Assembly: GCA_010909165.1 (NCBI GenBank)
Contig: MU008178.1
Coordinates: 198,369-262,368 of the forward strand
Direction of reading: 5' to 3'
Length of the DNA: 64,000 nucleotides
Source: Anthoceros angustus
Lineage: Eukaryota; Plantae; Anthocerotophyta
Shown one piece after another: positions 47,808 through 60,308 of the stretch. The notes beneath the pieces are model-generated. The model did no database searches, had not been told where the DNA came from, and was given only the letters and a program-made list of their open reading frames with translations. A program made the position numbers and the translations under genes. How positions within the stretch are numbered: the stretch's first letter is position 1; each line of letters begins with the position of its first letter.

Positions 47808-48193
47808 TAGGATAATTTTTGTCAAATTGGCCTAAGATACGGTTCAAGTTAGCTTGTAGTTCACTCGAACTATTTGAGTTATTGAGTTCATGGTAATGTT
47901 GGCGGGTGTCATGGCTCCTACTCTGTGGTGCTCTTTTTCCTGCTCTTCCTCTTCCTCCTCTTGCTTGTCTTTGTTCCTTCTTCAGGCTTAAATAAGGAAG
48001 AAAAGGAAGAGCAAAGCGTAAGAAGAACGTGAGGAAGGAGAAAACAAGAAGGAAAGATGAAGAGGAAGAACAGCGGAGAGCAGCAGCCACGATAGTCGCT
48101 TGCATTATCATGAACTCAAGAATTCTAACAGTTAGAGTAAACTAGGAACTTATTTCAATCCTGCTTAAGGCTAAATTGCTAAAAATTACCCTG
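47808..48193. mobile_element. Foldback / MITE-like element (possibly Mutator-derived), near full-length imperfect palindrome
   Basis: Left taggataatttttgtcaaattgg..ttgagttcatggtaatg matches the reverse complement of right cattatcatgaactcaag..aaaaattaccctg; pairing continues inward through CT/GA tracts. No TSD seen. Confidence 0.75.
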
Positions 48194-48469
48194 TGATTAA
48201 CTTGACGAAAAATATCCTGCTACTGGCTTATAAGGGGAAGAAAGTTCGACCTGCTGCACCAGGACGCGTCTGAAGCAAGGAAACTATGAGACAAAGAAAC
48301 TATCTCTTCGAGGACGAAGATGCAGGAAAATATAGGAAGGAAGGAAAGCAAGCTAAATTCACAAAAATTTTGTTCCAGCCGCAGAGCCGGAGTGATATAA
48401 GCCACAGTTACTGATATGTGGCGGAGTGATGAGTGATACAAGCCACAGTTACTGATATGTGGTCCACGA

Positions 48470-49575
48470 TGTAGAGTCATGTTGAAGTGCATCTCTGACC
48501 TGGCGGATAGTGTCCAGCTGTGTAGTCATGAGGGTGCATGCCCTCCTGCTGAGTGCGTCTACCACAACATTGCTAGATCCTATGACATACTTGGTCTCGA
48601 AGTCAAAATCCATAAGCAACTTGGCATTCAAGTTGGGTTGGGAGAAACAATGTTGCACAGAATGGTGATTGGTGTGACATATGAACTGCTGCCCTAGCAG
48701 ATAATGTCTCCAAACCTTCAATGCGTGTACAATGGCTAGCATTTCCTTGTCATGTACTGCGTAGTTCTGTTGTGCTCTTTGCAATTTTCGGGACTCATAG
48801 ACAATGGTCTTCCCATTCTACGAAAGGACTGCTCCAATGGCCAGATTAGAAGCATCCGTATGCACTCAATAAGGTGAGTTAGGATCTACTACTGCAAGGA
48901 CTGGTGTTGAGATGAGGGCTTGCTTTAGAGTGTGGAAAGCTTGCTCTACTGCTTTACCTAACTTTAGCTCCTTATTTGCCGGATGCTTGAGGGCGTCGGT
49001 GAGGGGGATAGCAATCTTGCTGAAATTCCTTATAAACTGGTGGTAAAATCTACGCATGCCAAGGAAGCCTCTCAACTAATGGATGTCCTGGGGCAGGGGC
49101 CATTCAACAATAGCTCTGATTTTCTTGGTATCCACATTGATTCCCTCACACTCCTCCCTTAGGAACACACACTTCCTGCATTGTGCTAACAGTTTATGAT
49201 GGCCCAACAACTCAAATACTTTTCTGACCAGCTTGTAATGTGTTTCATGGTCTTTTGTGTGGATGAGTATGTCGTCAAGGAAGACCTCGACACCATGGCC
49301 CAACAAGAGTTTTAGGATCTCTTGCATCAAACACTAGAAGGTGGCCAGAGCATCCGTTAAGTCAAAGGGCATGACGATGAGCTCAAAGTGGCCGTGCTTG
49401 GTTCAGAAAGCTGTCTTGTACTCATCACCCTCACGGATCCGGATCTAGTGAAAGCCAAATCTGAGATTTATCTTGGTGAAGTACTTAGTTCCATAGAGCT
49501 GGTCGAGGATTTCGTCAATCCTCGGCATTTGATAAACATCTATGATGGTGGCCCTATGGAGGCCCCTATAGTCTA
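48470..49575 (-). mobile_element. Ty3/Gypsy RT-RNase H relic
   Basis: PRIDEILDQL, FELIVMPFDL, VFLDDILIH, RGFLG..FIRNFSKIAIPLT, YAVHDKEMLAIVHALKVWRHYLLG, NVVVDALSR; RT followed by RH; many stops. Confidence 0.88.
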
Positions 49576-49953
49576 TACAGAGGTGCCAACCCCGGCCCCA
49601 TCATGGCTTCCCAACCAACAACATTGGTTCAAAATCTGTAACATGTGCCTCGAGACGTCCCACAAATGTAATACCATACCTTGGATACATAATGTGCTAT
49701 AATGTTCAAAATGTAATCTACAACGCATGGCGTTGTAGAGCAGATTTTGGACATTGTAATACGATATAGAGCACATTTTGGACATTGTAATATGACATTA
49801 TTCCTTGAGATGTCTCACGAAGGTATTACCATAACCCTATAAACATATCTTTGATATATACTGTACCTTACATATGGATACGGCTCTATCCTCTAACAAC
49901 GTATCAAAATATGCTACGAAGAGTGCCCTAAAAACGTTCATGTGTTTTCTTGA

Positions 49954-50180
49954 TTTCTTCGTACAGAAATGCCCCACAATGTTGTTACTGACGAAACGAG
50001 ATATATGGGGGCTCTTTTTTCCGGCTTGATCAATGTGATGTTCAATGGCTTTGCTGAGCTGGTCATGACAATCAACCGACTCCCAGTGTACCGCAAGCAA
50101 AGGGACTTGCTTTTGTACCCGGCCTTGGCATTCACGTTACCTACTTGGATCCTAAAAATTCCTCTCTCGCTGATGGAACC
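49954..50180 (+). pseudogene. Isolated ABCG/PDR transporter gene fragment (first TMD)
   Basis: FLRTEMPH..YMGALFSGLINVMFNGFAELVMTINRLPVYRKQRDLLLYPALAFTLPTWILKIPLSLME; no other PDR exons nearby. Confidence 0.85.
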
Positions 50181-50449
50181 CTTAGATACATACTATAGTG
50201 GCACACACCACGCGTACAGGACACGCGGATGCAGCCTACCGACAGAGTAACTCATTTACAATGCCCAAAATTTGCTTTACAATGCAAGGGTTGTAAAGCA
50301 CATTTTGGACATTGTAATATATGCTTTGAGACGTCTAGTACAATTAGTATTGAGTGGCTCATACATAGTACCACATGCTTATATGGTAATCAGCACACAC
50401 ATGCGGCATCCGGCACACTATATGCTCAGGCTTGTCAGGCAGGGAATGG

Positions 50450-50840
50450 GGCTCACCGTGGTGATCGTAGGCAAGAGATCTGGCTCACCGTGGGGCTCGT
50501 CAAGTAGTGAATCGAGCTCGCCATGGGGCTCACCAAGCTAAAGGGATTAGGCTCACTGTGGATCGAGCCAGGATTACTCAGCAAAGGATCAGGTGAGATC
50601 GCTGTGGATCGGGCCAGGATTGCTAAGCAGGGGCTCGCCAAGCAGGGGATCAGGCTCGCTGTGGATCGGGCCGGGATTGCTGAGCAGGGGCTCGCCGTAG
50701 GGCTTGCCAAGCAGGGGATCAAGCTTGCTGTGGATTGGGCCGTGATTGTTGAGCAAGGGCTCGCCATGGGGCTTGCCAACCAGGGGATTATGCTTGCTGT
50801 GGATCGGGCTGGGATTGCTAAGCAGGGGATCGGGATTGTT
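50450..50840. repeat. GC-rich minisatellite, ~50-65-bp variable unit
   Basis: gctgtggatcgggcc(a/g)ggattgct(a/g)agcaggggctcgcc.. repeated about 5-6 times. Confidence 0.85.
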
Positions 50841-52013
50841 TTTGTCTGCCTCAAAATCAAGCATTGGGAAGGAGAGAGTGCTAACGAGACGGTGGCCATG
50901 CTCCTCTCAGGTTAGACCTGGTTGCAACCAAGTCCTATCCATACTTGGGCAATTCTTCCCAATTCTTTCTAGCATTTGTGCTATGTGTGTGTCTGTGGAT
51001 ATGAAGAGTCTAATATGTATGCAGCTGTATGCCAGGTTTTCTTGTGTAGGCAAGTTTGGAAGATTTCGTTTCTAACCCAAATTTTCATTCACCTCTCTTT
51101 CTCACTTGCATGCAAGGTTTTGATTCCACAACAAGGAGGTACGAAACTTGAGCAAGGCATCGCCACAAGAGGAATCCACAGGAGTGCTCAACCGTGACAC
51201 AAGGAGGGGCGAGCGCTTGGATATTTGTGTGCACCCTGCGGGCTTCTAGCCTGCAAAAGTTGATCTCACCAAAAAAGTAGGAGTGCCCAAACTTTTGTGT
51301 TCCATACATTCCTCCATCGTTATACCAAAAGTGTGACAAGATGCATAGCACCATTATAATTTGGCTGCATAAACCGTGATATAAGCTACATATGACAATA
51401 CCACTCCTTCTCTGGTAGTGATAGTCTGCATATATGCTAAGGAAATCCTAACCTTTATTTAGGAATTGGAAGTTGAAGCTGAATAGTGTCGGATGCTGGA
51501 TGTATGTATGTCAAGATGGTGCTTGGCACAAGCCGTAGTAGATGATGTGAGGCTGTGTCCAGTCAACACTGGCTCATGTAAAGGTGGGCGGAGAGCCAAG
51601 GGGGCAAGAGACTGGGAACGTTCATCCTGCATTCGCATGCCACAAATTAGTGGTTGTTGTCATTTGCAGTTGTACACGTTGCAATCACAAGGAAGGTTCA
51701 TACGACAAGCTTGTGCTAACTCTCCAGTGGATACCGACGACCTTCATAAATTTACAATTAGCTGGACTCTGTTTCAATGGTTACTGGTTGGAACCTTCAG
51801 CATCGACGCTATAAGGGAAGGTAAATAAAGGAAGGTATTATTATGAGAAAACGTTCTCTTATATTTGTAGCTTCCAAAATCTCTAAAAGAAGGCAATTGT
51901 AATAAGAAACATTTCCCCCTTATATTTGTACCTAGCAAAGTCTCTAAACTTTAGAAGCCCTTCCTTAAAGGAAGACAATCACAATGAGGAAAAGTTTCTT
52001 TACACTATTAGCG

Positions 52014-52694
52014 CTACCAACTCCATGAGCTACTGATGGAAATTATGTATATGGATCTAGGTGAATCGGTGTAGTCTGAATCGCCAAATATAGCCTGCCA
52101 TGCGTCCTCCGAGAGCACTACTCCTTCCCCTTGAAAAGGAATGCCAGGATCCCCTACTACCAAAAGATCTGCAAGAGGAATATCTACTGGCGGTATCTTA
52201 CATGAGATGGTGTCAATATTAGGACTGCACATCGAGAAGGTCACATCACAGTTCTTTCCACCATCCCACAGATCAGTATTTCCTACTGCCCAAAGCCCAT
52301 TTGATATTTGTCCACTTGGGTCCACTGGTACATTGTGTTTGTTGTGTAAGAAACAACTTGCACCTACACACCATGTGTTATAACCAAGACAAAAACATTT
52401 TGTTAAAACAATATTTCAATCCCATGACGGTGACTAAGCTTGATTGCAAACAATGAAAGAAGTGGATCTCAAATTTGCTCTGAAAATTACTACAAAGTAA
52501 CGTAGCATACAAAAAATCTTTTACATACTTGAGATGGTGTAAGATGGTGTATTGCTCATAGTGTACTGGAAATTTGACATGATATGCCTATCACTGCTGA
52601 CATACGCTTGAAGCTCAACCAATTTTCTGCTATCCACTATTATGGCACTCATTGCCAAAGCAATAATAACTAGCATAAGACTAGAGCTCGTCAT
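52014..52694 (-). CDS. Secreted EG45-like / plant natriuretic peptide-like (DPBB fold) protein, 171 aa; exons 52694-52529 and 52363-52014
   Basis: Signal peptide LMLVIIALAMSAIIVDS; a GT-AG phase-1 intron joins PSYTIS|SASCF; DLWDGGKNC and VVLSEDAWQAI resemble PNP motifs LWDNGAAC and DLSxDAFxxI; 516 nt in frame. Confidence 0.65.
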
Positions 52695-54019
52695 CTTTAA
52701 ACTCAAGATACAAACAAAGAGATGATGGAAGCCTCAAAAGCTCAAAGACTTATTGAATAATATGTAGCTAAGGCAACACATATATAGCACTAAATGAACT
52801 CACTTATATTGCATTAAATGAACTCTCGATAACTAAGATCCAAGGGGCTATGGGGTATGGGTCAAGCAATGTTAAGGCTATGAGATATGGGTTAAGTAGG
52901 GATGATGAGGCCTCAAAATGGGAGAGCATTAAGAGAGAGGCTTCGTTACTGAGTAGCATGGGCTTAAACTCCACACAAAGTAGCATCACATGATTTCTAA
53001 AGCATGTGGCAGTGAGGAAGATGCAACCGATCGACCAGACACAGACGTTGAGGGGAACCGGAAGCAGCTGATGTCTCGTCCGGAGAACTTGGTTATTGTT
53101 GTGTGTAGACAAGCAGCTCAAGGTAAGAAGGTGTGATTGCTGATCCAATTGATAATACCGGCAGAATATTCCAGTATAGATATTTAGCAAAAAATGCTAG
53201 TATAGAAATTTCCTTTTTTTCAAGCTACAAGTAATCAGTTTATTACTGTTTAAGATGGCATGTTGGATAAGCATGTTAGTCTGCGAACCCTAGGTTAGGA
53301 GACGGGTCGGCAAACCCCACTGCAAGCTAGTTAGAGTAGACTGCTTAAACATGGGAGGACAACACCAAGAGCGTGCATGCAAGCTAAATGATGAAGCAAA
53401 GCTGGGCAGAACGTGGCTGAGAGGCGAGCGTGAAGATGGCGGCACGTTGGGATGAAAATAGGCTGCTAGGGCATAGAACAGTAGTTGTTGAAGTCGCGCT
53501 TTGTAGCGCTCTGTACAGGAAAGGACTTGTTGTGCCTCTAATCGAGAATAAAGCTCTGAATTTTTTTGATGTGTTCTCGATTCATGAGGGGTGTGTGTGC
53601 AGCACTATTGGGCATGATTTCCTAACTCCTATTCTTGGCAAAGTGCTAGGGCCTGATGCTTGAGGGCGGCATTCCGCAAGACATGATGCTCAACTGATCA
53701 CTTCAACAAACTACCTTCGACCTAAGACTAGAATCATGGGGCCCAGGGGAGTGGGCGCAGCCAAGACGCCGCCAAGCATTTACAGCAAGGCAGCCACCCT
53801 GAAGGTGCCCAGCATTGGTTCGCAATAGCTGTTGGCCTTCATGTCCTGACTGGGAGTCCCAACCAGCCTAAGCGTTGCTACCCCTATCCAGAACTACGAA
53901 GCGAATGGCCACTGTAGACTTTGTTTTTTACATTTCAATTTAGGGATGCAGATTCTTCCTGGTTGACATTCTAGTTGAGAGACACTAATTTCAGTGCATC
54001 CTTTTATCAATCTGAGGAG

Positions 54020-56080
54020 CTCCTCTAGAAATGGCAACCCATGTTACACTTTATGTTAAGATTTGGACCCCTGGATGTAACACTTATGTTGCAATTTTGG
54101 GGTCATGTAATACTTTTTGGGCCTCTTGTTACACTTTGGCTTGGAAACCAAACCGGAGTGTTTGTTGCAACCATATTGCAATGGTGTTGCAATTATGTTG
54201 AAATGAAGTGAGAGGTGCTTTTGTCCTCTCTCAAGATTGCAACAAGATTGCAACATATAAAGTGTTACAAGAAAAGTCTTGTTACACTTTTGGAGGCTTG
54301 GTACCGAACCTCCTCCCCATCTACCTTCCTCCTTTTACTACTATTACCCTATAGAATACCTAGTTTTACTTAGGAGTTCCACTGATACTCGTATGAATAT
54401 ACATATACATAAATACATGTATGAATACATTCTTCATAAAATATACGTATTTTTCATGGTGACATATACTATACGATAATTTCCTGTGATATACGGTCAT
54501 ATTCCATTTTGTATAAAATAAGCATATGCGTCACACGGATAACGTACATACTTTGTACACGTCCAAGATACGTTTACCAGTTTGTCCCTGAGCACTCAAT
54601 GCCTTTTGTGCCTATGAGTTTGTGCTACGCGGACCCATGTTCGCTATGCGCCGGTGTGGGGTTGTTTGGCTCCAAGTCCTCCCTCCTTCTCTCTCCCCCT
54701 AGACAACTGCTTCATGTCCGTTACGCGCCTTTTTGCCCCTGACTCGACCATGGCTGCTGTTGGTTGCTCCACTCCTATCCTCCCTCTGCCACCGGCCTCT
54801 TCCACTCCCTTGCGTTGTTTTCACTGTCCACAATCAACACATGTGTTGCCTTTGGTGACGATCGCTCGCCTTCTTTGTGCTACAGCACCCGGATCTGGCC
54901 CTCCAAACATGTCCCTCCTACCCTGCACCGACCTTGTCACTCCCTATTCACCCAAGACCCTGCCCTACTAGCATCACCTTCTCTAACGTCACATCACAGT
55001 CTGGTTACGCATCAAATAAAATTTTGAGGTAGGAAATCACAGCATGGAATGGGTCTCAGCCTCACCTTGCAGCTATACATGTACATGAGATCCCGCCATT
55101 CTTCCATCGCCTTCCCTAACTTCACATCATAGTCTGGTTACGCATCAGCTGAAAATTTGAGATAGGAAATAAGAGCATGGAATGGGTCTTGGCCTGATCT
55201 TGCAACTACTTGCAATTGTACATATACACGAGACACCCCGCCATGCTACTATCGCCTTCTCTAACATCAAATCACACTAGCTAGTTACGCAACAGCTGAA
55301 AATTGTGTATATGGAGCTTAAACACAAAACCTGATGTGGACACAAGGGTGCATTGAAGAGGGAAGGTAGATTATAAATGCATAGCTATGCAAAGGAGGCA
55401 AAATGGAAAGAGAATGACAACCATAGGGAGAGAGATAGAGTTCCTGGTTACTGTCATGTAGGAAAAGCAAGAGGGGAAGAATAAAATAGAAGTGTGAGAG
55501 GGGAGCTCATTGTTATAGTCATGTTGCAACACAAAGAGGGAAAAATTATAAAATGGGTGTCATACTGGAGCATTAACTAGGAGAGTGAGGTGAAAGGAGA
55601 GACCAAAGGCAGGTTATTAAGATGGTGAGAGAAGGTGGAGAAGAAAATCACAAACTTAACACCAAGCCAACAAACTTAATGCTAAGCTCTTAATGGTGAG
55701 GTGTAAGGTCAACAAACCACTTGCATGTTGTTAAGATGGTGAGAGAAGGTGGAGAAGAGTATCACAAACTTAACACCAAGCCAACTAACTTAATGAGTGT
55801 TCCAAATGGAAAGTGTTACATGAAATTATAACAAAGGACTGTAACATAAGGAGGTTTGCATAGTATATGTTTGAAATCATAAACAATGCTTGTGAGAGAG
55901 AGGGTGTACTTAGGAGGGTGAGATGATGAGGGAGAGAGTCAGGTTCGTGTTAAGATGGTGACAAAATGAGAAGGGAATAGTGTCAAACTTAATACCAAGC
56001 CTACATAGCTTGTTGCAATTTGGAAGTGTAACATAAAATTGCAACAATGATTGTAACATGGGCTGCCATTTCTAGTAGGG
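54020..56080. mobile_element. Non-autonomous CACTA/EnSpm-like DNA transposon
   Basis: TIR ctagaaatggcaacccatgttaca vs tgtaacatgggctgccatttctag (23/24); right end reads CCCTACTAGAAA; 3-bp TSD gag (54017-54019, 56081-56083); subterminal tgttaca/tgtaaca/ttgcaa arrays; internal ~125-bp and ~115-bp tandem repeats. Confidence 0.75.
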
Positions 56081-56499
56081 GAGGGATTTGACCTAATTCA
56101 GTGCTTCCTTGTTGCTGATTTGAGGGAGGAGCTGACCAGTTCAGTGCTTGCTTTCATAGGTGATGCACTCAGAAGAGTGCAAGACCAGTCCACACTACCT
56201 TCTACGAACTCGTGACATTCCTAGCAGGATTACCCCTCAGCGGGTGCAAGCAAGGAGGAGGTGGGTAGCTAGGAGGCAGCAGCAGTGGCAGGAGGACGTT
56301 GGGGACAACATTCGACCTCCGACACTACACCTTGCCTCAAGCCCTGCAGCCAGCCGGTCACCCTTGTCCTCGTTAATTTCGCCTGCGGCATCAAGCAGTT
56401 CTAATTCAGAACAGTAGCAAGGACATCCAGGACCTGCTGAGAACACCTCTTTTCTGGGACAGTCCCAGCCATAGCCGTACTCGGGACAAAATCTAGCTG

Positions 56500-57010
56500 A
56501 TCACTTTGGGGATTTCGACGCTATGGAGGGAGGGGGACCATCATACAGGCAGGAGAAACCTCATACCTAGACACTACAGATTTCAAGCTGTTTGTCAATG
56601 GCATCATCAGCTGAGTGAAGTTTAATCATGGTACAGCTTGCATCCATCTATCTGTACATGTTTGAGCAGCTGACTGGGTACTTAGCGGATGAGGCTTTGG
56701 ATTTGTATGAGATGCACCAGGCGGATCTCACGTCAATGGTGGCCATGCCTAATCCTCTTTTTCAAGGTGATCTACAGCTAGCTTACAACGCTAAACTGGC
56801 TGCTGCAGTCAATGCTCACCAAGCAAGTATTGCTGCTGGCACTATTGCAGCCACGATACAACCGCCTACAGTTGTGACCTTGACCGCAGCCGAGAGCTTG
56901 GCATCTATAGTGGGTGTGGATGAGAACAACCCAACACCCAAGCACGCCAATCCAGTGGAGGCATTCATGGGAATCTTGGAAAAAGCCTTTCCCCTAAAGA
57001 CTCTCGATAG
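56500..57010 (+). mobile_element. Gag-like retroelement relic
   Basis: FEQLTGYLADEALDLYEMH..FMGILEKAFP resembles retrotransposon gag helices; frameshifted and truncated. Confidence 0.35.
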
Positions 57011-57164
57011 GTGTGTATGACATCTTGTATGATCGCAATAGTCAAATTTGCATCATTGCAGAGATTTGCATAGTGGAGATACGATCTTGCTTTGTGAGTA
57101 TAATTGTGGGTCATACAACCCACAACATGAACTGTGATCTTGCTGTCCTCCTTCAAGTCTTTAG
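57010..57164 (-). mobile_element. DDE-transposase-like relic, downstream half (split by Copia)
   Basis: DLKEDSKITVHVVGCMTH..NDANLTIAIIQDVI; joins in frame with 62674-62810 once the Copia and one TSD are removed. Confidence 0.6.
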
Positions 57165-57405
57165 TAAAGAAGTTGGTAGCCTAGGATCGCATGTGTGAAG
57201 ATCGTGCAAGAGGTAAGCAAGAGGGACAAGAGCAAGTTGGAATCGAAAGATGATACAAATTACACACAAAGAAAGGGTCTTATACAAAAACGGTTATTAA
57301 TGGTTATTAGTTAACAAATAATCAAACTAAACCTAATTTAATTGTAACTGAAATCACCATTATGTTTTAACACATATCTATTCCAAAATAAGCTATATTC
57401 CATTA
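57165..57405 (-). repeat. Copia 3' LTR
   Basis: Direct repeat of 62433-62673 with about 8 substitutions counted by eye. Confidence 0.93.
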
Positions 57406-57864
57406 CTCCCACTTAGTTGCAATTAGGAGTTAATTGATAAGTTTGAAAATATCTTGAAAATTGACTTCATAATAGAAAGTGTACTCCCACTGCTGATATA
57501 AGCAGAAAAAGAGTTCCAACAAGTGTGACGATCACATAACACAATAAGGCTTCATCCAATCACCAAGCCAGATGAAAGAGGAAATCAACTAATGAGCTGT
57601 TCCTGCTTTGCTCACAGCAGGTATAAATTGTAGCCCAGCTGCCAAAGTATGTTTCTCATGTACCAACTTTGGCAAAGACTTTGTCAAAAGGTCAGCCACA
57701 TTTTCTGAAGTGGCAACATAGTCCACTATTACCTCTTTACGCTCTGCTTGTCTTATAAAATGATGAGCAATCTCGATATGCTTACTTCTAGCATGAAAAC
57801 GGATTCTTCGATAAAGCAATGGCCGATCGGTTGTCGCACCAAAGTGAGTTGGTCCTTCATGAAG

Positions 57865-60308
57865 CTTAAGTCCACTTAAGAAAGATCTAATCCAAATAAC
57901 CTCTCTAGCGACTTGTGTCATGGCACCATATTATGCCTTGTAGAGGAAAGACAAATAGTAGTGAGCTTTTACTTGACCAAGAGATAAGATCCACCTAAAA
58001 TGCATGAGGCTACAATACTACGTCTAGTGTCGGGTCACCAGCCCTCGGCATCACAAAGGACATTAGCGCAAACCATCCGTTGCTTAGAAAACGTAAACCT
58101 TTGCGTCTTGTCCTTTGAGGTACCTAAAAATTCTCTTCACTGCAGCCCAATGTGGCAAGCCAGGGTTCTCTAGAAACTGACTTACATTACAAACTGCATG
58201 TGTGATGTCTAATCTAGTCCAACCTGATAGATAGATTAAACAACCAATAGCTTGTCAGTAAGGCTTGAGTGTCATCTCGGCCTTTTCTTCTAATGTTGTC
58301 GGGCATTGTTCCCTAGATAGCTTTTCACCTGTAGACACAGGTGTGCTTACTGGTCGTGCATCCTCCATCTTGAACCTCTTAAGTAGTTGATGTACAAAAT
58401 GCTCTTGATGTTTCAATAGTGTTATCGCGAGTGTTAAAATGGAATTGAATGCCAAGAGAAAAAGATAAGCCCCAAATCAGTCATATCAAACCTCGCCAAA
58501 GTATCGCTTTCATTCTTGCCATAAGAGTTGGTGAAGTGCTAAATAAAATATTATCATCCACATAAAGCAGTTAAAATGATAAAATCATTGTCATCCCATA
58601 AAATATATACGCTACTATCGTCAAACATGTGAAACCCAATTCTATGAGCAATGCATGAAACACTTCATTCCATGCACGGAAGACTGCTTAAGTCCACTTA
58701 AGAAAGATCTAATCCAAATAACCTCTCTAGCTTGTGTCATGGCACCATATTATGCTTCCGTAGAGGAAAGACAAATAGTAGTGAGCTTTTACTTGACCAA
58801 GAGATAACCGATCCACCTAAAATGTACATGAGGCTACAATACTACGTCTAGTGTCCGGGTCACCAGCCCGGCATCACAAAGGACATTAGCGCAAACCATC
58901 GGTTGCTTAGAAAACGTAAACCTTTGCGTCTTGTTCCTTTGAGGTACCTAAAATTCTCTTCACGCAGCCCAATGTGGCAAGCCGTGGTTCTCTAAAGACT
59001 TACATTACTAATCGCATGTGTGATGTCTAATCTAGTCCAACGATAGATAGATTAAACAACCAATAACATCGTAAGGCTTGAGTGCCATCTCGGCCTTTTC
59101 TTCTTGTTGTCGGGCATTGTTCCTAGATAGCTTTTCACCAGACATAGGTGTGCTTCGATCGTGCATCCTCCATCTTGAACCTCTTAAGTAGTTGATGTAC
59201 AAAATGCTCTTGATGAATATCAATAGTGTTATCGCGAGTGTTAAAATGGAATTGAATGCCAAGAGAAAAGATAAGCCCCAAATCAGTCATATCAAACCTC
59301 GCCAAAAGTACTTTCATTCTTGCCATAAGAGTTGGTGAAGTGCTAAATAAAATATTATCATCCACATAAAGCAGTTAAAATGATAAAATCATTGTCATCC
59401 CATAAAATATATACGCTACTATCGTCAAACATGTGAAACCCAATTCTATGAGCAATGCATGAAACACTTCATTCCATGCACGGAAGACTGCTTAAGTCCA
59501 CTTAAGAAAGATCTAATCCAAATAACCTCTCTAGCTTGTGTCATGGCACCATATTATGCTTCCGTAGAGGAAAGACAAATAGTAGTGAGCTTTTACTTGA
59601 CCAAGAGATAACCGATCCACCTAAAATGTACATGAGGCTACAATACTACGTCTAGTGTCCGGGTCACCAGCCCGGCATCACAAAGGACATTAGCGCAAAC
59701 CATCGGTTGCTTAGAAAACGTAAACCTTTGCGTGTTGTTCCTTTGAGGTACCTAAAATTCTCTTCACGCAGCCCAATGTGGCAAGCCGTGGTTCTCTAAA
59801 GACTTACATTACTAATCGCATGTGTGATGTCTAATCTAGTCCAACGATAGATAGATTAAACAACCAATAACATCGTAAGGCTTGAGTGCCATCTCGGCCT
59901 TTTCTTCTTGTTGTCGGGCATTGTTCCTAGATAGCTTTTCACCAGACATAGGTGTGCTTCGATCGTGCATCCTCCATCTTGAACCTCTTAAGTAGTTGAT
60001 GTACAAAATGCTCTTGATGTATCAATAGTGTTATCGCGAGTGTTAAAATGGAATTGAATGCCAAGAGAAAAAGATAACTGCCCCAAATCAGTCATATCAA
60101 ACCTCGCCAAAAGTACTGCTTTCATTCTTGCCATAAGAGTTGGTGAAGTGCTAAATAAAATATTATCATCCACATAAACAGTTAAAATGATAAAATCATT
60201 GTCATCCCATAAAATATATACGCTACTATCAGCGTCCAAACATGTGAAACCCAATTCTATGAGCAATACATGAAACACTTCATTCCATGCACGGGAAGAC
60301 TGTTTAAG
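57865..60308. repeat. Threefold tandem repeat (~805-820 bp) of the Copia RT/RNase H segment
   Basis: Units start at cttaagtccacttaag (57865, 58687, 59491); junction microhomology ttaag. Confidence 0.88.

Noticed and set aside
50453-50915. Repetitive 130-148-aa ORFs
   Set aside because: Translations of a minisatellite on both strands.
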